A DNA stretch of 64,000 nucleotides from Chrysemys picta bellii. Lineage: Eukaryota. The stretch lies in the NCBI RefSeq assembly GCF_011386835.1, contig NC_088800.1:81406001-81470000 (forward strand). Reading direction: 5' to 3'. The position numbers and the translations under genes were made by a program. Within the stretch, counting starts at the first letter, position 1; every line of letters starts with the position of its first letter. A model generated the notes under the pieces. It did no database searches. It saw only the letters and a list, made by a program, of their open reading frames with translations, and was not told the origin of the DNA. This document shows positions 11,711 to 23,700 of this stretch, piece after piece.

Positions 11711-14700
11711 ATGAGTCGGCTATACGATACCATAGAGCCAAATGTGATTGATGAAAAGATGCTTCAAAAAGCTGTGGAAGAGCAAGGGCCCCAAGAGGAA
11801 TTAGGACAGCTTGCCAAAAGGGAAGGCATTGATTACAAAGATGTCATAGAGCTACAGCTTGATTTTAGAAGTAAGTATCAGATTTTTTTTTAATTAAAGG
11901 ATAATAGTAGTATGTTTGAAGTGACAAATTGGCCATTAAATAATTGTGACTAGCCTGGAATTTGTCATGTAAACAGTAAGTGACTAAATTTACATTTTTA
12001 GCTGTAGCCATATGAAATAGTTACAATATTAGGGGCTGGATGGCTTAGCTGAATGGTAATGGGCTATAAAGCTTCTCAACTCTGTTATTATTAATTATGA
12101 TTATTATTTAATATTTATCTCATGGTGGCACCTAATGGCAACAACCAAGGTTGGCCCTGTTGTGGTAGGCCAAATCAAATCCAACCCAAGCTTCTGGTAA
12201 CCACAAGTTATCTTCATCTGATGGCACTTGAGTAGCTTATGGTGGACATAGTCCAGTTCAGAGTGGATGAGCATCTATGTTAAAATAATATCCCAGCACC
12301 ACAATAGGTACTGATTGACAGCTTTGTTGAAGGGCTCAGCAAAGAGGCCAAAGATTTCATTGGTGAAGGAGACTGAACTACCCCACTTGCCCTTCCCATT
12401 GCAGGTCTAGGTACATCCAGAGGTGGAGTGGGAGAAGTGTGCCCCATTACTGTGTCGATAGAGGAATTTGATCCCTAGCACTGTCAAACCAGCAGTAAAT
12501 TAATACACAAAAATTAAAATAAATGGATGGGCAAAATGTACACTTAATTTGTTCATGCAGTTATCGTGATTGTGTGCATGCCAATGAGGTAATGGTGTGT
12601 GCAAATGATGACTTCTGGTAATTTGCACACACCATTTCCTGATTTGTGCATGCATTTGCTTGCAAGTGAAGTGTGCAGTTGTGTGCACATTTTTCACATG
12701 CAGTTGCATGCCTAATGTTAAAAAAAAAAATCATGCCGTGTTTGCCTGAGATCAAAACATGTTTTTTATGTCATTTTCCTCTTGTGTATTTCTACTCCTG
12801 CTTTTTATCTCGACTCCCACTCGTATAAAGAGAAGGGAAATGAGAATTTCCTGTGCATTCCATCACCATGACCTCAATGTTTTGCTGTAATCCATATCAG
12901 CCTGCCCTCACGTGTCTAATTTTCTCCAAGAATCAAAATGCACTTACTCTTGTTTTCACTCCAGACAAAAGACTACACGATGCATAAAAATTGAGTTGTA
13001 ATTCTCAGAGTAGTTCCACCTTGTTCTCATGCAGTGATTCCATAACCTCAGCAGGTGGAGAGCATTACAGAATGTGGGGTAACTTTATAATGTGATAGGG
13101 TAGCTGTTTACAATTAGCTACTACCCACCAGTAGCCTGCAACTTCAGAGGAAAGTACTGGCTCATTCCAAGCCTCCCTCTTTAAGTTAGAACTCAAAGTG
13201 AAGGTCAAGGCCTTCTTGTAGTGAATCCATAAAGCCACTCTTGACTGCAGTGTTGCAGTCAGCATCCCCTCAATGACTTCCTGGCGGTACTGATTAGCAG
13301 TGGGCAGTGGTGCAAGACAATGAGGTTATCCCAGCTGTTTCAATCTAAACCCTCATCTAGCCTAAGGACCTTTCAGCAATCTCCACGGTGCTTTTCACAC
13401 ACCAGTGCACCATCATAATCTGCTCAAAGAGGTAATATTGGGCATGTGTCCTTAGTACAACATAGTGTGCATTGCAACTAAAGTCTGGCGTGTGTGAAGT
13501 GCAGCATTTTTTTTGTGTGTGTTTAGATATCCTGAAGATTGATAACCTATGGCAGTTTGTGAATCTGACTAAACTGCAGCTAGACAACAACATCATTGAG
13601 AAGATAGAGGCATTGGATAGTCTGGTCCACCTAATCTGGCTTGGTAAGAGTTAGGGGTATGAGGCTGGCTTCACCTTGCACTGGTGTAAAGCAGGAGCAA
13701 TTCCATTAAAATCAGTGGAGTTACACTGGTGTAAGTGAGATCGGATTCAGGTCCATGTCATAACTGGAAAGAGGCAGTTAGTGGTACTGTCAGTTGATGG
13801 CTCAGCTTTTAGTATATGTTAAATGTATTTTGCTTGATAGTTGAAATGCAATTGGTGTCTGTAGACTGAGTATGCTGCACGTCTAGAATGAAATAGAATT
13901 GTACTTTGAAATGCCTACGCAAGATTTTAAATTCCACTGTAACGGTGTTTGGAAGGAGATACTGGCAACAATCACCCTATGGTAGCACGGGGAAGGGTGA
14001 TAGAATATGATGGGATTTACCAGATATTTGTTGCCCCCAGATGGAGACCCTGTGACCTTGGTGCACCCTGCCCAAAGAAAGTGTCCTTCTGGGGAAAAAA
14101 GCACAGAGTTTAGACCTCCAGGAGCTGCCAAGAAAGGCCACTTGGGAGCAGCTATGGGTGGAATCAGTGAAAATCAGACCTCCAGCAGCTAGAAGGACTG
14201 GGAGCAGCCAGAAACCAATCAGGGCCCAGCAGGCGGGATAAAAAGGGCTGGCTGCTTCCAGGGCCTAGTTCTGAGTGACGCTGGGATGGAGGAGGAAGGA
14301 GGTCCATCTGGCTTAACCCAAGAAGCCTGGCTGAACTCTGACTGCACCTTTGTTGTTTGAGCCAACAAAAGCCTGTTTTGTACTTTGTGGAATGTAAGGC
14401 CCCAGAGCGGGCCATGTGGAGTCAAGTATTAACGTGACTGCTGTAAGCCTAGGCGAGCTCAGTTGCGAGATGTTCCACTGGCTCAGGCAAGCCCATGACA
14501 GACTTGGGGCCTGATTCACTACTGCATTGATTTCAGTGGTGGTGCACCAGTGTGAAGCTGGAGTTCGGCCCCCAGCCCAGTCCTGCTTACTCAGTCCTTG
14601 TTCAGGCAAAGACCCATTGAAGTAAATCAGCGGGTGTTTTGCCTGAATGCACACTCCAGGCTGTGACACTGTGAGGAGAGGTTTGGAGCACCTTCGTTGC

Positions 14701-17700
14701 TGTTACCCCAGACCCAGTCATTTGCTGGTATGTTCCGGAGGATGCAGCTGATAAATCTGGTATCGTGGTAGGGGGCATTTTGCCAGATATGCCTGTTATG
14801 TTTGGTAGCATCCAAGTAATTAGTAAACGGTTCAGAGATAGAGATCTATCCTTCTCTGGCCACTATTCTGAGTCTGCCAGTAGAATCCTACAACTCTAGC
14901 TTCCATTTATGATCTGTCTGCTTTACTAGTATCAGGAATCGGTTTGCAAAGAGCGTTATTTTGGGCATATCGACCTATTTGAAATCAAACAAAACCCATC
15001 CTGATGATGTCATCGTGCGGCTCTAAGAAGCTGGAACTTGAACACAGTGGAGCTCAGTTCTACTGCGAACAAAAGCGTCTCTCACCATCTGCGGCTCCAC
15101 AATGAAAACAGGATGTTATGCCCCGTCTCAAACACTGCTCAGGGGGACATTCCCCAGGGATACAGTCAGCTCTCTGAAGTGCCCCTCAATTTAATTGTCG
15201 GAGGACATGGATATCATAAAATCTTTTTTTTTAACTAAAGTATTAAAAATATATATTTAAGAAAACATTTTAGGGGAGACTGAGATTTTCAAAGCTGCCT
15301 GTCCATCTTCTAGCTTGGAAAGTCTCATCTTAGGGTGTCATTTTCAAAAGTGCTTAACTGACTTAGGAGCCTAAGTCCCAATTTCAAAAGTGATTCAGGC
15401 ACTTCGGAGCCAAAGTCTCATTGAAAGTCAATAGGAGGTAGGCTCCTAAGTGCCTAAGTCTGTTGAAAATGGGAAGTAGGCTCATAGGCACCGAATCCGT
15501 GGGTGCTCCAGGGCTAGAGCACCCATGGGGAAAAATTAGTGGGTGCTCTGCACCCACCGCAGCCAAGCTCCCCTCCCCACCCCACCTCACCTCCTCCCCA
15601 GAGTGCACCGCGTCCCCGTTCTTCCGCCTTCCTCCCAGTGCTTGCCGTCGCCAAACAGCTGTTTGGCGGCATAGCAAGCAGGACCGACTCTAGGCACCAG
15701 CAAACCAAGCACGTGCTTGGGGCGGCACAATTTCAGGGACGGCATTTTTTTTGCTTCAGCAGTTGCACTCTCAGGGTTTTTGTTTTGTTTTTTGTTTTGC
15801 TTGGGGCGGCAAAAAACCTAGAGCCGGCCCTGGTAGCAAGCTCCGGGAGGGAGGGGGAGGAGCGGGAACGTGGCGTGCTCAGGGGAGGAGGCGGGGCCGG
15901 GGTGGGCATTTGGGGAAGGAGTCAGAATAGGGGCAGGGAGAGGGCGGAGTTGGGGCGGGGACTTTGGGGAAAGGTTGGAATGGGGGCGGGGCAGGGGTGG
16001 AGTCAGGGCAGGGCCAGAGTGGGGGTCAAGCACCCACCGGCGCGAGTAGAAGTCGGTGCCTTTGAGTAGGCTCCTAAATCACTTATACAAGTTTGAAATT
16101 TTTACTCTAGATCTTTATATAAGTTTAGGTGCTGAATGGGATGTTCTTGAAGAATGAGATGAGTGAAAGTATTCATGAGTCAAATAGCCACAATGGGCAA
16201 ACTCTTCCCTGGTGTATCTCCACTGATTTCATTGGGGTTGCATGAACTGAGAGCAGGAGTTGGCCCAGGGTGCATCACCACTAGGGTGATGGTTTTGTGA
16301 TGCAGGTAACAGTCTAAGGGAAAGGAAGCTAGCTGGTGCTATCAATTTTGTTGCAGAAATTTTCTTGTAAATTGCATCTCTTTAGGCATTTCCTAACCCA
16401 TTCCCCTGTGCTATGCACTTCCATACAAGAGATGTAGGTGGATTTCTTCTCTACGTCTCTTGCTCTCGGTGTCACTAAAAGGTAGGAGTCATATACTGGT
16501 CGTGCACACGGCCTCTGGGCAGAGGCGGACTTCAGTGACTCCTCTGTCTGATTTAAGAGTTGCATGGACAAGTGGTAGAAAAAGTTGCATCTATTCCTTC
16601 TTTGCCAAAAGAGTGGTGATTTTATGCAGATCCTTGAGAGTAAAGGGGAAAGCCTTTCTTAGGGCTTCATCAGGAATACTGATCGCTGCTAGGGAAAACA
16701 ATTAATATATATGCTAGACGCAAGGTACAAACTGAACTGCAGGCCCCAAGCAATGATGTTTAGTTGAAGGTAAATCAAACAATTTGCTTGTAAAACTTCT
16801 TGACTTATAATTTTTTTTCTAGATTTGTCCTTCAACAATATTGAAGTCATTGAAGGTCTGGAAGCTCTGGTTAAACTGCAGGACCTGAGCCTCTACAATA
16901 ATAGAATATCTAAGATTGAGAATCTGGACACACTACAAGAACTACAGGTCTTCTCTATAGGAAACAATAATCTAACTGCTTTGGAAAATGTAAGAATCCC
17001 ATTGTTTTTGCCAGTGTTTCCTTCCTTCCTTATCTATCCCTATACATACCAATTATCTATCCATATATCCATCTTCCCCTCCCTCCATCCCCATATATAC
17101 CCATTATCCATCCATCCCTTTCTCCCAATATATACCTATTATCCATCCATTCATGCCTCCCGATATATGCCCATCATCCATCCATCCCCGTATATACCCA
17201 TTATCCATCTATATATATCCACGCACCCTCATACATATTCTCTCTCTCTCTCTCTGTCTTTCTTATATTGCCACCTCTCACTGAATCTGAACATCTTTTT
17301 AGAGGGGCAACTTCCCTTTCAAAGTTTCACTTTCTGTATAGTCTACAGTAAGGTTCTAGTAAGATATTAAAGTAGGAAATACTTATTTCAGCTATCTTTT
17401 CCCTTTTATGGATTATTCACTCACAGATCGTGCTACGATTGATATCAATGGCAAAACTCCTGTTGACTCCAGAAAAAGGGGAAATAGCTTATGTGAATAG
17501 AAAACAGAGGCAAAGATTTATTTTGGGTGCTTTGATTTTACGCTTGGGTCTTTATGGAGAGTGGTTTTACGAGTCTGAGACCCCTGGAAGCTTATCATCC
17601 ATCCATATAAAGGACGCATCGCCAGGCCCCCAGATTGTATGTCCAGAATAAGAGTTATACTGTATGTATAAGAACCATATAGAAAGCAGTTTCTTTCTCA

Positions 17701-20700
17701 AATAAAACGGTTCAACACTGTGCTAGAAGCCACTGCTTTAAACCTGTAACTGTGCTTAGACATTCAGTCCAATGTGTTGTGCCAGCTCTCGCTGAAGGAT
17801 GGAGATGTGAGCAAGGTCCTGAGCTAGGACGGAGATGATAAATGTCATGCATTTCAAGGCATTGCTGCTTGTTGTTCTCATGGTGTGCGGGAATGCAGCA
17901 TCTCCTCTTTTGGCATAGGTGGTCTACCTCAGGAAGTTTAAAAACCTACGCACATTGAATCTCACTGGGAACCCTGTCTGCGAAAATGAACAATATTCAA
18001 TGTTCATTGCCGCTCACCTTCCAGATCTGGTGTACTTGGACTTCAGGCTTGTGGATGAGAATACAGTAAGTACTTCCACCTTCCCCTTTATTTAACCATT
18101 TGGAGACTAGCCACACACTTTCCAAAGCATTGATCGTGCTAGCACTCTGGGAATACACCAGCATTCAAAGGGTTAGAGTAACTCTTTTTTCAGTTGCTGT
18201 CTTACTGAAATACTACCTAGACAAATAAGAGCCATCAGAAATGTCCTCCTTGGGCCGTTTTTTTAACACACACAGGATATAGATTATACCTAACATAGGA
18301 AAGCAACAGCAGTCTGGCTGTATGTTACACAGAGAGCTGTATCTGACCCAGGTTTATTAGGAGACAGGGTAATCTAACCCAAATGTTTTCTTTGTGTGTA
18401 TTTCCCAGCGAGAACTTGCAGACATAAAATATCAGTATGTCATTGATGAGCTAAAGCAAGGTGAAGCACAGGCCCTGGCTAAGCTGGTGGAAGAGCAAGC
18501 TAAGCAGAAAGAATTGGAGCACCACAAGGTATGTTCTCTGGAGCTGACTGTATGTTACCACACTCCAAAGAAACCAAACGGCTTCTCTTTTATCCGTTAG
18601 AAGATTTAATGGGAGGTTGACATTGATTGAGATAAAAATAAGGTCAGTGTTAATCTCTGGGGTCTGTAAATCTCACCTTTTGAATGAAAACAGAAGCTGC
18701 TATGTCATTAGGGTGACCAGACAAGCAAATGTGAAAAATCAGGATGGGGGTGAGGGAGGTAATAGGAGCCTATATAAGAAAAGACCCAAAAATCGGGACT
18801 GTCCCTATAAAATCGGGACATCTGGTCACCCTGTATGTCATAGGCATGATATGGAAGAACATAATTCATTGGGCTGAACAACTAAACCTACATGACGGAC
18901 CTAGGGAAGCTCCAGAGGAAATCATAGTTTGGTTTCTTGTCAGCCTGATGCTAGATTAACACAATATCAGATCTGATGGAGCTGTTAGCATTATTCACAG
19001 TGCAGTGATTTTCCCCGTTCAGACTTAGTGACTGGATAACATTGCAGTATTAATTTAATCTTACGAGTGATTGCAAGATCACAATGGGGAAACTGTCAAG
19101 ATATGTAGTGAGAATTGGATAGAGCAGAGTGGTGCCCTCGGCTACCCTCAGGCTGTCTGCGTGTTGCTCTCCTGCCTCCATTGATCTGCTGGCTATATGG
19201 GAACGCTGTAGGTTTGTTTCCATGCCACTTGCTTGTTCCACGCACTCTGCTTGGCATCAGCATTGCTCCCCACTCAAAGCACATGGGCTGAGCAAGGAGC
19301 AGATAGCGATCAGAGGAGCACTTCCACGGGGTGGCTGTTGGAGGGCTGTGCCTTCTCCACAAGGACATAGATCCCTGTGCATTAAGATTGACGTGGAGGA
19401 GTGCCGAATACATGGAGATAGGGTCAAGGAGGAAAAGTCATAGATGCTGAGGGACCTGCATGGGGCCCTTCATGTCTTCCTTTGCATAGGGCCTCACAAA
19501 ATCTGTCCCATTTATGCCTGAGTAGCTTAGATATCACATTGCAGGACCACAAAGTGGAGTTGAACTGCTCTGTCACATTGTTTAGTGAAAGAGCCACTGT
19601 CTAATTCCAGTAGAGGACTTATCAATGATTGTATAGTGTTTTCCTTGGAAAGCCAAAAACCTCCCCCCTACTATATAGTAATAATGATCTGGTCCATTGT
19701 TATGAGATTCACATTCCACAGCAGGAGGCACCCATCATTCAGAACTGGAGAGTTAATGTCAGCCCAGATCCTCAAAGATATTTAGGTGCCCTTGATTTCA
19801 ATGGGCCATTCAGCCTGACTGACTGAACCTTCCTTAGCACTTTGCAAGAAGCAGCAAGGTGTTACTTAAGTTCTGCAGCAAGTTGGTGCTCTTTGGGGTT
19901 TTTTTGTTTTTTTTAATATTGTACTGATTCTCTCCAAAGGCTGCTTACGTTGAGTACCTGAATGGACCCTTCTTATTTGAGAGTATGTACGCAGAAGATA
20001 CAGAAGCTGCCAGGCTGGCTTACCTCCCTGGAATGGCTGACCTGCTGGAGACATATCCTTCTGTTAGAAAATCTAGTGATAAAAGCTGATGACTTCAGTT
20101 CACAAGGATGTGCATTAACAGGGACTCTTCATCTGTTCTTTTTACGCAGAACTGAAAGCTATATTGATCTGAGATTGGAGACTTGCTGTATTCAGTCTTG
20201 GACCAGTGCCTTAAAAGTACTGCTAGACCGTGAGACCACTGACAGTTAAGGTCTGATATTTCATGAAACACAAGGGCTATAAACAAATGCTTTGTCCCAT
20301 TGGCTAACTGGAAACCCCAAATTAGGAAATCCCATTTGTATAAAAGGCTTTCTTCCAACACTGACAGGTCATGAGATTTCAGAGTTTTACAATCACATCA
20401 TTCTGATTACCATCTTGCTTTTTCTCCACTTGACTCAGACTTGCTATTAAAAGCCAGTGCCTTCTGAACCTCTAGAAATCAGGGCGTTTACAGTCTCTTA
20501 AAGCCCAGAATGCATCTGACCTTTCAGATGGCATAGAGATTTCATTTACATCTGCAGCAGATTGTGAGATAGCAATTGCTAAAATCATGTTTCAGTTGAA
20601 GTGGTAGGGCACAGTAAGAATAATCAGGATTATCTAAGTCAAATATCTCACAACCTGCCAGTTATATGCAGTGTTGTGGAAGCCATGTCAATCCCAGGAT

Positions 20701-23700
20701 GTTAGAGAGACAAGGTGGATGAGGGAATATCTTTTATTGGACCATGTAAGCGTGTGGGACTCTCCCCTGCGGCGCCTCCTGCTGGTCGTCTCAGGGAATT
20801 AGCTCTCCAGCCATTGGCGTGCCCTCTGCAGGCCGGTGTCCCACTACCGCTTGGCCTGTGTCCCTCCCAGACTCCAGTGCCCCGTTATCTGGGGTGCTGC
20901 CCCCTGGCAGTAACCCCTCACTCTCAGGGTCTCCCCTCCCCAGGGACCCCCAACCCCCTAATCCCACCTTGCCTCAGCTGGTGGCTACTGCCAGTCCGCA
21001 ATGAGCCCCCGCTCCCTGGGGCGGACTGCAGTATAAGAGCCAGTCATCACAGGCAAGGGGGTAGGACCTGCTGTCTTCCTCTACCACCCAGTACCTCAGG
21101 GGTGGGCCTAGGACCAGGCCCTGCAGTCTGGGGGGTTGACAGCCTGGAGCTCCCCTGGTCTTTCCCCAGCCCTGCTTCACTCCCAGTACCTTTGCTACCA
21201 ACAGCCAGGCCCTGCTCCCTCCAAGACCGGAGAGAGAGTTACTCTAGCGCCAAGCTAGCAGCCTTTTAGAAGGACCTGCTGTGCTCTGTTTGGGGCGTGG
21301 CCCCAGCAGTGCCTGCTTTCCTAAGCAGCCTGGGCCTTTCCGTACAGCCCCAGGCCTCTCCCAGGGCTGGCCTTAACCCTGCCCGGGCCGGAGCGGGTAA
21401 CCACCCCGCTACAGACCAACTTCTATTGGTCAGAGAAACAAGCTTTTGAGCTTATGAACTCAAAATCTGCCAGTTAGAAACACTAACCCTATAGGACCAG
21501 TACAAACACATTCATGGCTAGTACATTTTTCTAATCACTGCTCCTGGGCAACGATCAAAAAGCAGATCATTGTCTCTTTCCTTTTCTAGCTCAGATTGAT
21601 GGAACGTTGGCAAGGCTCCACATTTGACCTTGCTTATGATTGCTCGAGACTGTTGTCAGGAAAGTTCATCAGAGACAAAATATAATAGACTTGAAACAAT
21701 TCCATTGCCAAGCAACTTGCAACCCTCCCTCCCCCATAGCCATTATCTTTGTGGTGCTACCAAATCCGTGTGTTTGGGGCTCTGGCTCTTGGGCAGGGGT
21801 TTTTAACTTTACAAACACTGTACTCACAGCTGTGCAGAGAGATAGGGTCAGATGCTCCATTCTACTTACATGGCAGAGAAGAGCCAGGGGCGAATGCACA
21901 TGTTGTTTCCTTTTGTGCCCACCATGTTGCCCTCTCCACACAGTTAAGGGAGCAAAACCCCAGTGCGAAAAGATGAGGTGGCCCAAGCCTTCAAGGTGAC
22001 GAATGCTCAGCTCAGCACCTCAACTGTCAGTGAGCTCGGTGGAGTTATCAGTCAAGATGCTTTGCCTTGCATTTAGGTTGGTAATAGCTGGACACAATAG
22101 AGCAGTGTTGATGATCATGCAGCCATGCTTAGTGTCTTGACTCATTTAAACTATTACAGATTATATACCTTGACTCTGGTTTCACATACAAGAGTAAATT
22201 TGTATTAATTTGTGAGAACCTCTTTGCCTATGGTCTGAAAGAGCATGAAAAGCGACAAGCTGAAGTCTCAACCTTCTACGAGTGCCTTCAAGAAGCGATA
22301 CAGGACAGTCAAAAGCAGGGCACAAAAATAATCCTAGATTTTGAAAATGACAACCAAGGGGTATTTGATTACAGCTTTTATTGGTTGAAATTATTTCTGT
22401 GTATCAGAGGCCAGAGTCTGATCTCAGGGATGTATGGAGTAACTCCACGGAGATCAGTTTAATGACTCCAGGTTTATACTAGGTTAAGGGAAATCAGAAT
22501 ATAGCCCCAGATTTTACTGTATATGTTTCTATGGGCTTGTCTACACTGGAGGGATTGACATTGTGTTAACTAACATAATATCGAGTATAGACAAGGGCTG
22601 GTGTGTTTAAAATCACATCAACTGGAAGTGGTTAAACCTGGCCTCTGGGGCTAAGCACAATCAGCTGGTGTGGTTTTAAACATGACAGTCCTTGTCTCTG
22701 TGTATTCAACATAATGATAACACCAAGTCTTTTCCTACTACAGACAAGTCTTCATGTTAATGGTTCTTCTTAAAGGCTTGGAAGGAGGGCTGTCAAAGAT
22801 TTTTAACTGAAAATTTTTTCCACCAAAAAATGGTGTTTTTTTAAGAAAATGACAATGGTCACAAAAAAAGTTTCTTTTGAAAATTTTCATGAAACTAACT
22901 GAAATGAAAAATTTTGATTCCATTATAGAATCAGAAGGTCATCTAGTCTAACCCCCTGCTCAAAGCAGGACCAATCCCCAACTATTTTTTCCCCAGATCT
23001 CTAAATGGCCCCTCAAGGATTGAACTCACAACCCTGGGTTTAGCAGGCCAATGTGCAAACTACTGAGCTATAGATGTTTTTGTTTTATTTTTGCCTTTTG
23101 GTCCCTACCCAGGTACTGTGCCTCCACTGGAAAAGGAGAAAGAAAGGGAAAACCTGACAAGATGATCATTATTTATTCAAGAGACAAGATGGGTGACATA
23201 TATTTTATTGGACCAATGTCAATTGATGAGAGAGACAAGCTTTCAAGCTACACAGAGCTCTTCTTCCCAACTGGGAACCTCGAAAGCTTGTCTCTCATCA
23301 ACAGAAGTTGGTCCAACAAAAGATATTACCTCACCTTCCTTGTCTCCTTATCCTGGGACCAACATGGCTACAACGACACCGCAAAAAATGATTTATTCAG
23401 ATCATTTCGGTTTCAATTCATTTTGTAAAAAAAAAAGAAGCCACAAACTGACTTTGAACAGAAAAAAATGTTCATTTGGTTTGAATATTTTGGCAGCAAA
23501 TACCAGTTTTCAACCAGCTCTGCTTTCCAGAGAGCTGCAGCCCCATCACTGGGGAAGGCAAGGTCATAGCTTCTACCCATTTAAAATAGAGGGGCAGTTA
23601 TTATTGTTTCTAAAGGTCCCTGGAAATATCAGCTTGGCTAAACTCTGGTCAAGGGCTTTGTCAACTGTATAGAACAAGGATTGGCGGCAGTGAGATCTGT

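Noticed and set aside
13527-13534. ATATCCTG resembling a U12 donor
   Set aside because: It is the first bases of DRC3 coding exon 2, after a normal AG acceptor, and encodes (N)IL.
14008-14424. Possible solo LTR (TGA...TCA, GATAAAAGGG box)
   Set aside because: It looks LTR-like in composition but has no convincing target-site duplication, so it is not reported as a feature.
16825-17370. 181-aa ORF
   Set aside because: It is DRC3 exon 3 reading through its GTAAG donor (16990) into low-complexity intron.
22361-22368. GTATTTGA donor as a possible GT-AG U12 intron
   Set aside because: It lacks the CCTT of the RTATCCTT consensus, and the acceptor at 25537 has an ordinary pyrimidine tract. Treated as a weak U2 donor.
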